A stretch of DNA of 64,000 nt, from contig NC_043007.1 in assembly GCF_006345805.1 (NCBI RefSeq), positions 39,184,001 through 39,248,000 of the forward strand, given 5' to 3'. Position numbers and translations under genes: made by a program. The stretch comes from Octopus sinensis. Lineage: Eukaryota. Every line of letters begins with the position of its first letter. The stretch's first letter is position 1. The notes below the pieces were generated by a model. It did no database searches. It saw nothing but the letters and a program-made list of their open reading frames with translations, and was not told where the DNA came from. Shown piece by piece: positions 24,535-38,386 of this stretch.

Positions 24535-26585
24535 ATCCTCTCTAGTATAGGCATAAGGCCTGAAATTTGAGGGAGGAGTAAGTCGATCACATCGACCCCA
24601 GGACTTGAACTAGTACTTGATTTACCGACCCTGAAAGGATGAAAGGCAAAGTTCACTTTGGAGGAATTTGAACTCAGAATGTAAAGATGGATGAAATGTT
24701 GCTAAGCATTTTGCCCACACACTAATGATCCTGCCAGCTCGGCACCTTAATAAAAATCTTTTCTACTATAGGCACAAGGCCTGAAATTCTGGAAGAAGGG
24801 ACAAGTCAATTATATTGACCCCCAGCGTTTCACTGGTACTTAATTTATCAACACCAAAAAGGATGAAAGGTAAAGTTGACTAAGGCAGAATTTGAACTCA
24901 GAACGTAGCGGCAGATGAAATATTGTTAAGCATTTCACCTGGCGTCCTAACGATTCTTCCAGCTTGCCGCCTTAATAATGATAAAAAACAAGGTGGCCAG
25001 CTGGTAGAAATTTTAGCACACTGGGCGAAATGCTTAGCGGTATCACATATCTCTTTACGTTCTGAGTTCAAATTCCGACAAGGTTGACCGTGCCTTTCAT
25101 CCTTTTGGGGTTGATAAATTAAGTACCAGTTGCGTAGTGGGGTTGATCTAATTGACTGGCCCCTTCCCCCCCAAAATGGGGGGGGGGCTTGTGCCTAAAG
25201 TAGAAAAGAATGACAAAAATAACAACAACAATAATAATTCTTTTCATTTTGGCCAAGTATTACAAATAAAAATCTTTTATGCATGGCCTCAAATTTTATA
25301 AAAGTGGGGAGCACTGTGACTATGTGATGTTCATGTCTTTCTCTCAAGGACATTATTGGTCTAAGTGATGTGAATTAGAAACAGATCACCAGCAGTTAAC
25401 CTTTTGCTCTGTGGTACTTACAATAAATAATAATAATAATAATCCTTTCTACTGTAGGCACAAGGCCTGAAATTTTGGGACGGGAGTAAGTCAATCACAG
25501 CGACCCCAGTACTTGACTGGTACTTAGTTTATCAACCCTGAAAGGATGAAAGGCTAAGTCAACCTCAGCGGATTTGAACTCAAAACATAAAGACAGAACG
25601 TAAGACAGATGAAATACCGCTATGCATTTTGCCCTGCCAGCTCACCGCCTTAATAATAATAATAACAATAACAATAATGATAATAATAATAATAATTTCT
25701 GACCTAGGAACAAGGCTAGCAATTTCAGGGAGAAGAGGTTAGTCAATTACATCAACTCCAGGACTCAATTTGTGGATGAAGGGCAAAGTCAACATTGGTG
25801 GAATTTGAACTCAGAACACAAAAACGGCCAAAATGCCACTCAGCCATGCTAAAAATTCTGCCAGCTTGCTGCCTTAATAATTCTTTCTAGTGTAGGTACA
25901 AAGTCTGAAATTTTGGGAAAGGGCGCTAATCGATTACATCAACCCCCCCAGTGCTCAACCGGTACTTATTTTATCGATCCTGAAAGGATGAACAGCAAAG
26001 TTGACCTTAGCGGGATTTGAATTTGAGAATGTAAAAACCAGATGAAATGCCAATAAGCATTTCATCCGATATGCTAATGATTCCGTCAGTTCATAAGCCT
26101 TAGTAACAATAATTTCTTACATAGGTACAGGGTCACAAATTTGAGCCAGAAAGACAAAAACAGTTATGCCGACCCCAGCGCTTGACTGGTATTTTATTTT
26201 ACAGACCTCAGAAGAATGAAAGGCAATGTTATTTTCAGTGGAATTTAAGCACACAGAACTTCAAGGTTGATACCTAAATACCACAAGATATTTTGTCTGA
26301 CATTGCAAATAATTCTGCTAATCCAATGCATTTTTCATAATAATATTATAAATAATAATAATAATAATTATTATTATTATTTCTACTATAGGCACAAAGC
26401 CTGAAATTTGCGAGAAGGGAGATAGTTGATTATATCAACACCAGTACTCAATTGGTACTTAATTTATCGACCCCGAAAGGATGAATGGCAAAGTTGACCT
26501 TGGCGGAATTTGAACTCAGAACGTAAGGATGAATGAAGTCCTACAAAGCAATTTGCTCGGTATGCTAACAATTCTGCCATCTCAC
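24535..26585. mobile_element. Dense cluster of roughly 8 family-B SINEs separated by (AAT)n
   Basis: Repeated aggcacaaggcctgaaattt...gaaaggatgaaaggcaaagt...gaactcagaa...ctgccagct units; similar clusters at 44720-45125, 46350-46850, 54680-55280. Confidence 0.85.
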
Positions 26586-26591
26586 TGTGTT

Positions 26592-26625
<34 letters not shown>

Positions 26626-27070
26626 TTTCTAAGATAGGCACAGAGCCTGGATTTTGAGGGAATAGGGTTAAGCCTATTAAATTGACCTCCCCCCACCCCT
26701 ATCACCCTGTATTTCACAGGTACTTTTATTTTGTCGATCCTCAAAGGATGAAAGGCAAAATTGTCCTCGGCTGGATTTGAATGTAGAGCCAGAACAAACA
26801 CGGCAAGGCAATTTTTTTTCCGACGTTCTTACAATTCTGCCAAGCCACCGTTTTTTTAAAATAAAATTCATAATAATAATAATAATAATAATCAAGCAAT
26901 CTTCTAACTATGAAGTTACTAAACATGCACAAAAAAAAAACAAAACAAAAAAAAATTATATTTGTGCAAGTATATGTGAGAGGGAGAGAGAAGTGGGGGG
27001 AGGAGAGACAGAAACTCTAATCTATTGATTATCAATTCCGCTGATATTCCAGTTACTCACAATTTTTCTT

Positions 27071-27076
27071 TTTATT
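27071..27076 (-). promoter_or_regulatory. Putative DLST polyadenylation signal AATAAA
   Basis: tttatt on the + strand about 200 nt downstream of the DLST stop; AT-rich context makes chance matches common. Confidence 0.4.
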
Positions 27077-27276
27077 ATAGTTCTCTTTTTTTTTTTGGTT
27101 TCTTCATATGCACCTCTTATGCAGCAAGGTGCCAGTATTGCATGTGATGTATAATATACATATATATATGTATATATATATATGCATATATACACCTTTA
27201 CACCAGGCCGCAGTTTAGTTTCTTAAAGTTTTGGTCTTAGTTTATAAATTTCACTAAATAGATTAGAGAGCAGGTA

Positions 27277-27411
27277 TTAAATATCTAACAGTAGAACCCT
27301 TGGGTCCTCGACAGCTTGCTTGATCTTTCGTAAAAAGAGTACAGCCTCTCTGCCATCAATCAGTCGGTGGTCATAGGTCAATGCCACATACATCATTGGA
27401 CAGATTTCCAC
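27277..27411 (-). CDS. DLST: DLST last coding exon: [44 protein letters not shown]
   Basis: ttttctag acceptor, DHRLIDG catalytic His motif, TAA stop at 27279-27277. Confidence 0.98.
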   Translation of the reverse strand: MEICPMMYVALTYDHRLIDGREAVLFLRKIKQAVEDPRVLLLDI

Positions 27412-27448
27412 CTAGAAAATAGAAAAAAATATATAATTACACATGTAG

Positions 27449-27484
<36 letters not shown>

Positions 27485-30400
27485 GCACTTGTGTATAAAG
27501 ACTTCCTTCGGTCATGACTGACCATGGGATTGTACCTAGAAAGTTCCCCTCTGAGGCACAAGTCCAGGCAAGGTTGTTTATGGAAGACCAGCAGTCGCTC
27601 ATGCATGCCAGCCTCCCCTCTCCACTGATGTTATCCAAGGGAAAGGCAAAGGCCAATACAACCTGGCATCAGTGACGCCACAACTCATTGCTACAGATGA
27701 GTGAACTGAAGCAATATGAAATGAAGTGTCTTGTTCAAGAATACAACACAACTTGGTCCAGGAATCGGACTCATTACCTCATGATTGTAAGCCTGATGCT
27801 CTAACCATTGAGCCATATGTCTTCAAAGTATAAATATATACATATCTCACGTATAACCAGCCGAAATTGCAAAGATAATCTGGAACTTGACTGAGGAAAG
27901 AAAACTCTGAAGGACCCATCCTAGTTATCTTTGTATCATCCATCTGGATGTTTTGCGTTCTTGTCCCATTTTGTATTTATATATGTATGGATACTATTTC
28001 TGTACCATGAAGGTGTACATTGACAACTCATCACCATGATCTTCTCTCTTTGCAGCTGGGAAAGCTATGCTTCTCTGCAATATCAAGACACTTCGACCTT
28101 ACTTCAGCTTCTCACCCGGCATAAAGCCACCTTCTGCAATGGCACATCCCCTACTTTAACTAGGGGTCTTGTCTTGCGAATTACTTTGTGATCTCATTCG
28201 TGCTAGCGTCACAAAGAAAAAGGAAAACAAAAACACTCAGTACACTTTATAGCATGATGGACTTAGGAAGGGGGAACCCAGCCAAAGTGGACACTGGAGC
28301 TTGGAGCAGTCCTCTGGCTTGTTGTTTCCTGTTGAACCATCCAATTCGTGTCAGTATGGAACAAACATTAAATGATCGTGGTGATGATGATGTACATAAC
28401 ACAGGCACCACAATGACATATTTCAAAATACAGAATATAAGACTGTGGTATTTAACCCTTTAGTGTTCGCATTATTCTGCCAAAACTAATGCTTTTTTAT
28501 CCACATTGTTTTGAATTAATCATGCATTATCTTGTAGCTATGAGATTTTGATGAGGTAGCTGTTAATTTTTAAAACAATATTGTAGGGTTGGTGTGAGAG
28601 ACCAGATCTGGCCAGTTTGAACATAAAACAAGTAGAATACTTTTGGCCGGATATGGCCGGTTTAAATGCTAAAGGGTTAAGTGTTTTCCAAAGAAATTAA
28701 GTGTTGCCCTTGCAAAAATAGAAGCCAGAATTTAAAATGTGATGATGAGTTGTTTTGGTGCACTGAGAACTTTAACATGGTGCCACCATGCTGGTTGACT
28801 TTTCTACATGCATGTGTGTGTGTGTGTGTGTGCATTTGTAAGTACATGTGATGACAGACACAACGAGTGTACATACCTTTCCATTTACAGCCATGGGTCG
28901 GTCGATGATGGCATGCATTCCCAGGATGGCTGACTGGGGAGGATTAATGATTGGAGTGCCAAACATGGATCCAAACACACCACCATTACTGATGGTAAAA
29001 GTGCCACCATCCATGTCCTCAATTGCCAAGGCGCCGAGTCGAGCCTAGACATGAAACAAACACATAACAGATTACTGTTTAACCCACTTATCACCATATT
29101 TCTACAGAAATAAACAATGTTTACTAAATTCCCCTCATTTTCAAGATTAATTGAAGCAGAGTCATTAGCTGGTGTTTTGGAACAAAAGGCTATCAAGAAA
29201 TTTTGAAGGAAGGTTTTACTTTAGATAACTATAACCTGTTACCATATTTCTGTTGAAATACACAGCATTTGATTAGATTAATTTTGAAAATAATGAGGAA
29301 TTTAATAAAAGTAACTTTTTCATTATTAAGCTGGTGTTTAGAACATAAATCGGCGTAAGTGTTTTTTTTATATATATGGGGGGGTTAGGGTTTCTGTTAT
29401 CTTCAGAAATGTAAACAAAGCCACTTCCAATACTTATGGTATGTATACCGAAGGATCGCCCATAAACTGACATGAAATTTTGATGAAAGATTTTGATTTA
29501 GATCACTTTAACTTTTTATCATATTTCATTTGAAATACGCTGCATTTGTTTCAATTAATTTTTGAAAACAATGAAGAATTTAGTAAAATATCTTTGTCAT
29601 TATTAAGCTGTTGTTTAGAACAAAAGATTAACGTGAAAGATTGGAAAGTTAAGGGAGAGACAGACAGACTGGGAAATCAATACAGTGAAATGGGTAATAG
29701 AAGAAATCTGTAATACTGACCTTTTCTCCTAATTCGTGTATTGTCCTCTCAATTGCTGCATAGTTCATATCTTCTACATTTCTAAGGACTGGGACAACTA
29801 GACCCTGTAGATATAAGAGGAAAGGATATACTAAGAACCAGAACCCTTCGATTAGGTCTTGATTGAAGAAGACATGCACAGACACATACACGAACAGAAT
29901 CTCTCTCTCTAACACACACACACATAAGAACATTTATATATAGGCATATACACACACATAGACAGACAGCTACACAAGACATGATCACCATTTCTAACCT
30001 TGGGGGTTGCCACAGCAACACTGATGTCTATATAATCGCGGTAGACTATTTCTTTTTCTTCGATCACAGCGTTGACGATGGGTTGATCCTGCAAAGCGAA
30101 TGCCGATGCTTTCACAAACGCTGACATGAAGCCAAGTTTAAGGTTGTGTTTCTTCAAGAACAGATCTTTGTACTGTTTCCTCAGATCCATCACGTTGCTG
30201 CAACACAAAACGAACAGTCAAGTCTTTATGCATACATATACACCCACACATGCACATGCACACATTAGCAATTCACTAAATCGTCCATAGATTTTTATGG
30301 AGAAGACATATGGACTGACAGAGAATTAAGTCCGGAATCAGCAGGGTTGAGTGGTCCCTACTGATGAGGTTAGGGAATTAGCTGAAAATGACTGATCAAT

Positions 30401-30492
30401 ATAGTGAATTCTCAACCAGTGTTTTCGAGTTAGGCTCTTATTTCTAGGAATGTGGGTGTTCTATTTAGAGCATATATACATACATACATATA

Positions 30493-30524
<32 letters not shown>

Positions 30525-31066
30525 GGCGCAGGAGTGGCTGTGTGGTAAGTAGCTTGCTAACCAACCACATGGTTCCGGGTTCAGTCCCACTGCGTGGCAT
30601 CTTGGGCAAGTGTCTTCTGCAATAGCCCCGGGCCGACCAATGCCTTGTGAGTGGATTTGGTAGACGGAAACTGAAAGAAGCCTGTCGTATATGTATATGT
30701 ATGTGTGTGTGTGTGTTTGTGTGTCTGTGCTTGCCCCCCCCCCCCTAGCATTGCTTGACAACCGATGCTGGTGTGTTTACGTCCCCGTCACTTAGCGGTT
30801 CGGCAAAAGAGACCGATAGAATAAGTACTGGGCTTACAAAGAATAAGTCCCGGGGTCGATTTGCTCGACTAAAGGCGGTGCTCTAGCATGGCCTCAGTCA
30901 AATGACTGAAACAAGTAAAAGAGTAAAGAGTATATATATATATATATATATATATACATTAAATTAATAATAATGTACATATGTATACAATTGCCTATAA
31001 ATTTTTATATCGAACTGACCACTTGATAAAAATCATTAATGTGAATTTTATCCTTATATTCTTTTA

Positions 31067-31109
<43 letters not shown>

Positions 31110-32576
31110 ATGTGTGTGTATATATAGATAAAAAACATTTTGCAGATACCCATATACAAATTATATATATGTGAGAAACCCATATAGAAATATACGTGTG
31201 TTGGTGTGTGTGTGTGTGTGTGTACACACACACACACACACTATGAATATTTTACAGATGCATATATATCTCAAAAAGGATCAAAGGTTTGTCTTGTGCC
31301 ACAGGTTCCTATGACTGATTTCCTGTGAATGTATAAGCAAAATATTTGACAAAGAAATCTGAAAGGTAAAGGGCTGAACCATACATTCATACCAGATCCA
31401 TGTGCAATAGATGCAACTCTCGAATGCAGTAAACTCACCTCATGTTAATCTCATTGAATGTAGTCAACATTGCACATGTGTCCTGTGCATCCTTAAGGCG
31501 TTGAGCAATCTTTTGACGCATTCGGTTCATTTTCACCTTGAACGGATAAAAAGAGAAAAATATTACGACAAATGAAAGTTAGGTTAAATATACAGTGGTG
31601 GTGGTGGTGGAGGCAGTGGTTGTATAGCAATAGTCAGTGGATGATGGAATGAATATATAGCTGATATAAATAAACTTTTATAAGGTAAAGGCTGACAGTA
31701 GTTTCACAGTTTTGGTTTTCTAAGCATCATCAAATTGTTACTGCTAACCTTTATCTTGTAAAAATTAATAAACATGTACTCTACTAAAAGTTATTGAATC
31801 ATCCTTCAGTTTAATATTAATCTGTTTATACATCATCATTATCATCACTTAATGTCCGCTGCCAGCCTCGCCTGGCCCCCGTGCCCGTGGCACGTAAAAG
31901 CACCATCCGTTCGTGTCCGTTGCCAGCCTCGCCTGGCCCCCATGCCGGTGGCACGTAATAGCACCATCCGCTCGTGTCCGTTGCCAGGCCCCCGTGCTGG
32001 TGACACGTAAAAGCACCATCCGTTCGTGTCCGTTGCCAGCCTCGCCTGGTCCCCGTGCCGGTGGCATGTAAAAGCACCATCCGTTCGTGGCCGTTTGCCA
32101 GCTCTGTCTGGCACCTGTGTGGGTGGCATGTAAAAAGCACCCACTACACTCACGGAGTGGTTGGCGTTAAGAAGGGCATCCAGCCGTAGAAACACTGCCA
32201 GATCTGACTGGGCCTGATGAAGCCTTCCGGCTTCACAGACCCCAGTTGAACCGTCCAACCCATGCTAGCATGGAGAGCGGACGTTAAATGATGATGTATG
32301 TCTGTTGTCCATGCTGGGATGGGTTGGACAATGTAACTGGAGCTAGCAAGCTGGGAGGGCTGCACCAGACTTCAGTCTGATTTGGCATGGTTTCTATGGC
32401 TTGATGCCTTTCCTAGCATGACATATAAACCAACATTAATACATGCATATTCACACACACTTGCTTATATACATCATTACATACATACATATGCAGACCT
32501 TCATATATCAACAAGAACATATACAAACACAAAAAACACATGGGTGCTTTCCCTAGTGTATGGCTGGCTCTCTCTT

Positions 32577-32624
<48 letters not shown>

Positions 32625-35600
32625 AACAGTGAGTGCCTGTTTGATCACATGATCTATGTACTCAATGAGGGAGCCTCTACATGCTTGCTTAGCCTGCTAA
32701 AAATCCTTTTTACTATAGGCACAGGGCCTGAAATTTTTGGGGGAAGGGGCCAGTTCATTACATTGACCCCAGTACACAACTGGTACTTACTTTATTGACC
32801 CCTGAAAGGATGAAAGGCAAAGTTGACCTCGGCAGAATTTGAACTTAGAACATAAAGACGGGTGAAATACTGCTAAGCATTTCGCCCAGTGTGCTAACGA
32901 TTCTGCCAGCTCGCCACCTTTAGACAGCTAAAAATAGGAGCAAACATAGCCTTCAAATCACATCCATATTCAGATACACTAGGTTGGGTTAGAGCTGATC
33001 TCAGATTAAACAACTCACTGAATTATAACATGAGTGGCTAAGTACTCCATCATTAACATGAACTTCAGTAACGATATCATATGACATAGAACAATATGGG
33101 TAAACTTTTTCAAGAACCCAACCAAATGAGATATGGTTCAATTTTTTTATTGCCCACAAGGGACCTTTAAACAAGGTATATATTTCTTTATTGCTCACAG
33201 GGGTCTAAACATAGAGGGGACAAACAAGGACAGACAAAGGGATTAAGTTGATTACATCAACCCCAGTGCATAACTGGAACTTTATTAATTGACCCCGTAA
33301 GGATGAAAGGCAAAGTCGATCTCAGCAAATTTGAACTCAGAATGTAACGGGAGATGAAATACTGTTAAACATTTCGTCCGGCGTGCTAACGATTCTGCCA
33401 GCTTGCCACCAAAATGAGATATGGTTCATCACGCAGGCTGCACTGCTTGAAAGAAATATAATGTAGCAATATATGTAAACATGCTTTTTTTAATTTTGGA
33501 AGTGTCAGATGTGTATCATATCATGCAGGCAAGAGAATGATATTTCGAATGTGGGTAAAGCCATGAAAACAGCAGAAAGATTGGGTATTTTACTTTTATA
33601 AGACAGAAAAGTTGTTAGCAGACAGCCATGAGACTTGAACCCGCACCTCCCAGATACTGGCTGAGTACTCAACCAATTAAGGTAAACTGTTTGCTGACAA
33701 CAATTTCCGCCAAATTAAATGCTAAATACATAGCTTCTTTGGAAATACAACATATGTAAACAAACCATGCTGGTGGCACATAAAAAGCACCAACCAATCG
33801 TGGCCGTTGCTTGCCTTGCCTGGCACCTGTACCAGTGGCACGTAAAAAGCACCCACTACACTCACGGAGTGGTTGGCATTAGGAAGGGCATCCAGCAGTA
33901 GAAACATTGCCAGATCAGATTGGAGCCTGGTGTAAGCCTTCTGGCTTCCCAGATCCTGGTCGAATCGTCCAACCCATGCTAGCATGGAAAACGGACGTTA
34001 AACGATGATGATGAAGTGTTATATGTATATTGTATCATACTGACAAGAAATATTTCAAACGCAGTATAGCTATGAAGATTGTTTGTAAGGTGTGCATCAT
34101 TCAGAAAGACCCACAGAGCGCAGGTTGCCAATGACTGACACAGAATGTGACACAGCCAGACTTTTTAATTACAGATACAAGTTCTCCAATCCAACGAGCT
34201 CCACACAAATAACATTTCATAAGATTTAGGTTGATTCGAGGCTAAGGTGGAAAAAAAAATAACTCGCCCAAGAACCAAGCAGTACGATCGAACCAGGTAT
34301 CTTATGATTGCGAAGCAGACTTGTTAACCATTCAGCTAAAGCTGTGTTTATTTATTCACAAGCAGAGGTTGCTTACATTGTAGATTCTTACGATCTAAAC
34401 ACCAGTACGAAGCTACAACTAGAGAAGGGAATAGTCGATTATATCAACACAAGTATTAACTGCTAATTATTTTATGGAAGGCAAAGTCAACTTGGATTGA
34501 ACTTAGCAAAAATGAACATATCTACAAACCTCAAGACATTTTTGTTTGTCGCTTTAGCGATTTTCCATCTATGAAATTTTGTAAGCAAAAAGTTGAATGT
34601 AGGGGAGATAAGTCACAAAGACATAAATCAAAGCTAATCATTAATTACCTCCCTTGCGCCAAGAAAGATAACACCTCTCTTCCCCGGTAAAAAATAGAAG
34701 AGTTACTTTTCTTTATCATATTGCATTTCGCGTGTTACTGTTGTTTAGCACAAGGCCAGCCACGTTAAACCAGATATACGACAGAGACGACATTCTAGTC
34801 AACTCCTCCACTCTTTTGGCTTTCGTACAGGAGAATTCTTACCTACATTATTCAATGTGTCCTGTTCTAAAAAATATATGGTGTAACTCGATGGATTTGG
34901 CTATTTCAAGAAGATTTACAGAGCATGCAGAGGCTCCTCCATAAGGTCGTTTCTGTGGATTGAGCATGGAGAGGGACAATATATAGGAGTGAGACAGTGT
35001 CAAGTGACACAATATATATAGTTTGACCGCTAAGCATTTCGCCCGGTGTGCTAACGATTCTGCCAGCTCGCCTCCTTTAGACTGCTAAAAATGGGTGCAA
35101 ACATAGCCCTCAAATCACATCCATATTCAGATAAACTAGGTTGGGTTAGAGCTGTTCTCAGATTAAACACCTCACTGAATTATAATGAGTGGCTATGTGC
35201 ACCATCATTAACATGACCTTCAGTAACGATATCATATGACATAGAACAAGCAAATGATATCATATGACATAGAACAAGCAAATGATATCATATGACATAG
35301 AACAAGCAAATGATATCATATGACATAGAACAAGCATGGGTAAACTTTTTCAAGAACCTAACCAAATGAGATATGGTTCAATTTCTTTATTGCCCACAGG
35401 GGGCTAAACATAGAGGAGACAAACAAGGACAAAGGGATTAAGTCGATTACATCGACCCCAGTGCGTAACTGGTACTTATTTAATCGACCGAAAGGATGAA
35501 AGGCAAAGTCGTTACTATGCAAAGTGACATTTATATAGTGTGACACCACAGTGATGCAACACTGTGATATGGCAGAGTGACCTCACAATGTGACATGATG

Positions 35601-38063
35601 TGAAGTGACATGTAGTGATATGACATGAAGTGACATGACATTATGACACCAGTGTTATTTGGTGTAGCATTATACAGTGTAACATGACATCGAATGACAA
35701 TATATAGTGTGACATAATGGGGAGTGACACCGTATACTGTAACAGGGAGCAGTATCACATGGTACAAAATGCCTTTAATAAACATTAATGAAATATCTAC
35801 AAAACGTCACACACACACACATATGTACATGCACACATGTACACACATTATGTATATAATTTAAAATTTATGTGTTGGGTATGTCCCTAGTAGTATTCCA
35901 AAAAGGCACACTCACTGCCTATGGCTACTTGGCATCATCCACAATAATTGCACAATCGGTGCTGGATCGACATCAGGAATTCCTCGGTGTATGTTGAGTA
36001 TAACAGAAACGTTTCTGTTTATGGACATTAAACGATGACGATGTTGTGTCTGGGGAGAGACATTCTCTTTAAGTGCCTTATTGATTACAGGTTTCCACAC
36101 ATTTACTTATTTTTACTAAAATTTTCATTGTAACTTGCAACCTTTTCAATAGTCATTGACCCAGTGAGTGTGTTAAATTAATAAGGTACTAAAAGAAAAT
36201 GACTTTCCCTAGACACAATAAAATATGCCTCATCATCATCATCGTTTAACGTCCGTTTTCCATGCTAGCATGGGTTGGACGGTTCGACTGAGGTCTGGGA
36301 AGCCAGGGGCTGCACCAGGCTCCAGTCTGATCTGGCAGCACCTCAACACATGAATTTACAAAAAGAAGCTTGCAAACAAAATTCAAAAATGAAAATTTTT
36401 TAAATCCTCCCCAGTCCCATATGTTGGGCATATACAACTTTCATCATAATGTCAAAAGCACCTAACATACATGCAAGCAAACACAAACATCTATATAATC
36501 ACATACTAATGCCTTCAATTTTCAAATGTGAGCACAAGCATACAGAAGCAATCACACTGACACAAACACACTAATGTACAAACACATACAGCGACATGCA
36601 CAAATAGATTCACATCATCATTACCATCATCATCATCATTACCATCATCATCATCATTATTGTTGTCATCTCACAACTGCTCTTTTATGCTAGCCATGTG
36701 TTGGATGGATAACCTGAGACAGCTGTTTCATGGTCGGGTGCCTTTACCAACCCATTTTAGTTGCCTCTTTTGACATACAGGGACATAGAGTGCCTCCTCA
36801 AAAACCAAGATACACACAATGTTCCCTGATCCTAATCTCAAATGTGCATGACATATGAGGGGGTGCTGAAAAGTTCCTAACTTTAAGGGGTATCATGAAA
36901 AGCCTGGTTGGAGGCCCAAACTTCTGAGTCCTTTTACAGGGCTTAGAGAAACTGAGGGATCACTGTAATAAGTGTGTGAATCTGAGAGAGGAATATGTTG
37001 AATAAAATCATAATTAACTGATCCTCCTGTATTTTCTTTTAACTAAAGCAAGGAATTTTACAGCCCCTCCCTCCACCATACATAATATATAGAGATATAC
37101 AAACATATTCACATACATACAGGCAAAGTGGCCAAGCTTCTTCTGAGTGTTGGGCTTCACAGAAGCAATGACCAAGACCAATGGCATTATGTTGTGCTTA
37201 AGAAGGCCCATCAAGCTGAGCAAAATTTCAGTCATGGCAGATACCAGTGTCATGCAAATGGCACATAAAAGCATTATACCCTTGGAGTTGTTGGTGTCAG
37301 GAAGGGCAAACCATAGGAAACCATGCTAAATCAGACTGGATCCTGGTGCAGCCTTCAAGCATGCCAGCCCAGTCAAACCGTCCAACTCATGCCAGCATGG
37401 GCAACGGATGCTAAATGATGATGATGATACGCATACAGAGAAATACAAAGACATGTACAAACCCACTGGCACACATATAAAAAAAAACTGCCATTCTGTT
37501 GGTTATGATGACAAGGGTTCCAGTTTGTCTGATCAATGGAACAGCCTGCTCATGAAATTAAGGTGCACGTGGCTGAGTACCCTCACAGACACATGTATCC
37601 TTAACATAGTTCTCAGGGAGATTTAGCGTGACACAGAATGTGGCAAGGCTAGCCCTTTTGAATTACAGGTTCCACTCATTTTTGCCAGCTGGGTGGGCTG
37701 GAACAACGTGAAATAAAGTGCCTTGCTCAAGGGCACAACAGGTCACCAAGAATTGAACTCATGACCTTATGATCATGAGCTGAATACCCTAACCACTAAG
37801 CCATGTGCCTGAACAACATATATATATATATATACTATTTCTTTACTACCCACAAGGGGCTAAACACAGAGTGGACAAACAAGGCCAGACAAATGGATTA
37901 AGTTGATTATATTGACCCCAGTGCGTAACTGGTACTAATTTAATTGACCTCGAAAGGATGAAAGGGAAAGTTGACCTCGGCGGAATTTGAACTCAGAACG
38001 TAACAATGGGAAAAATACTGCTAAACATTTCGCCCGGCGTACTAACAACTCTGCCAGCTCCCC

Positions 38064-38101
<38 letters not shown>

Positions 38102-38337
38102 CCACTACACTCACGGAGTGGTTGGCGTTAGGAAGGGCATCCAGCTGTAGAAACACTGCCAGATCTGACTGGGCCTGACGAAGCCTTCCAGCTTCACAGA
38201 CCCCAGTTGAACCGTCCAACCCATGCTAGCATGGAAAGCGGACGCTAAATGATGATGATGATGATATATATATACATATGTATGTATATAAATATATATA
38301 TATATATATACATATGTATGTATGATGATGATGATGA

Positions 38338-38386
<49 letters not shown>

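Noticed and set aside
31444-31446. A-to-I recoding of Asn (AAC) back to the Asp of human NEIDM
   Set aside because: E. coli SucB has NEVNM, so Asn is a tolerated natural variant; no editing evidence is available from DNA.
32213-32235. CTGATGA followed by the AGCC/GGCT hairpin in family-C SINEs (also 38174)
   Set aside because: No downstream GAAA or stems I/III; other copies read ctggtgca at this position, so the match is incidental.
35228-35337. CRISPR-like arrays (28-bp, 53-bp and 75-bp repeats)
   Set aside because: Head-to-tail tandem repeats with no unique spacers, in eukaryotic DNA, with no cas genes.
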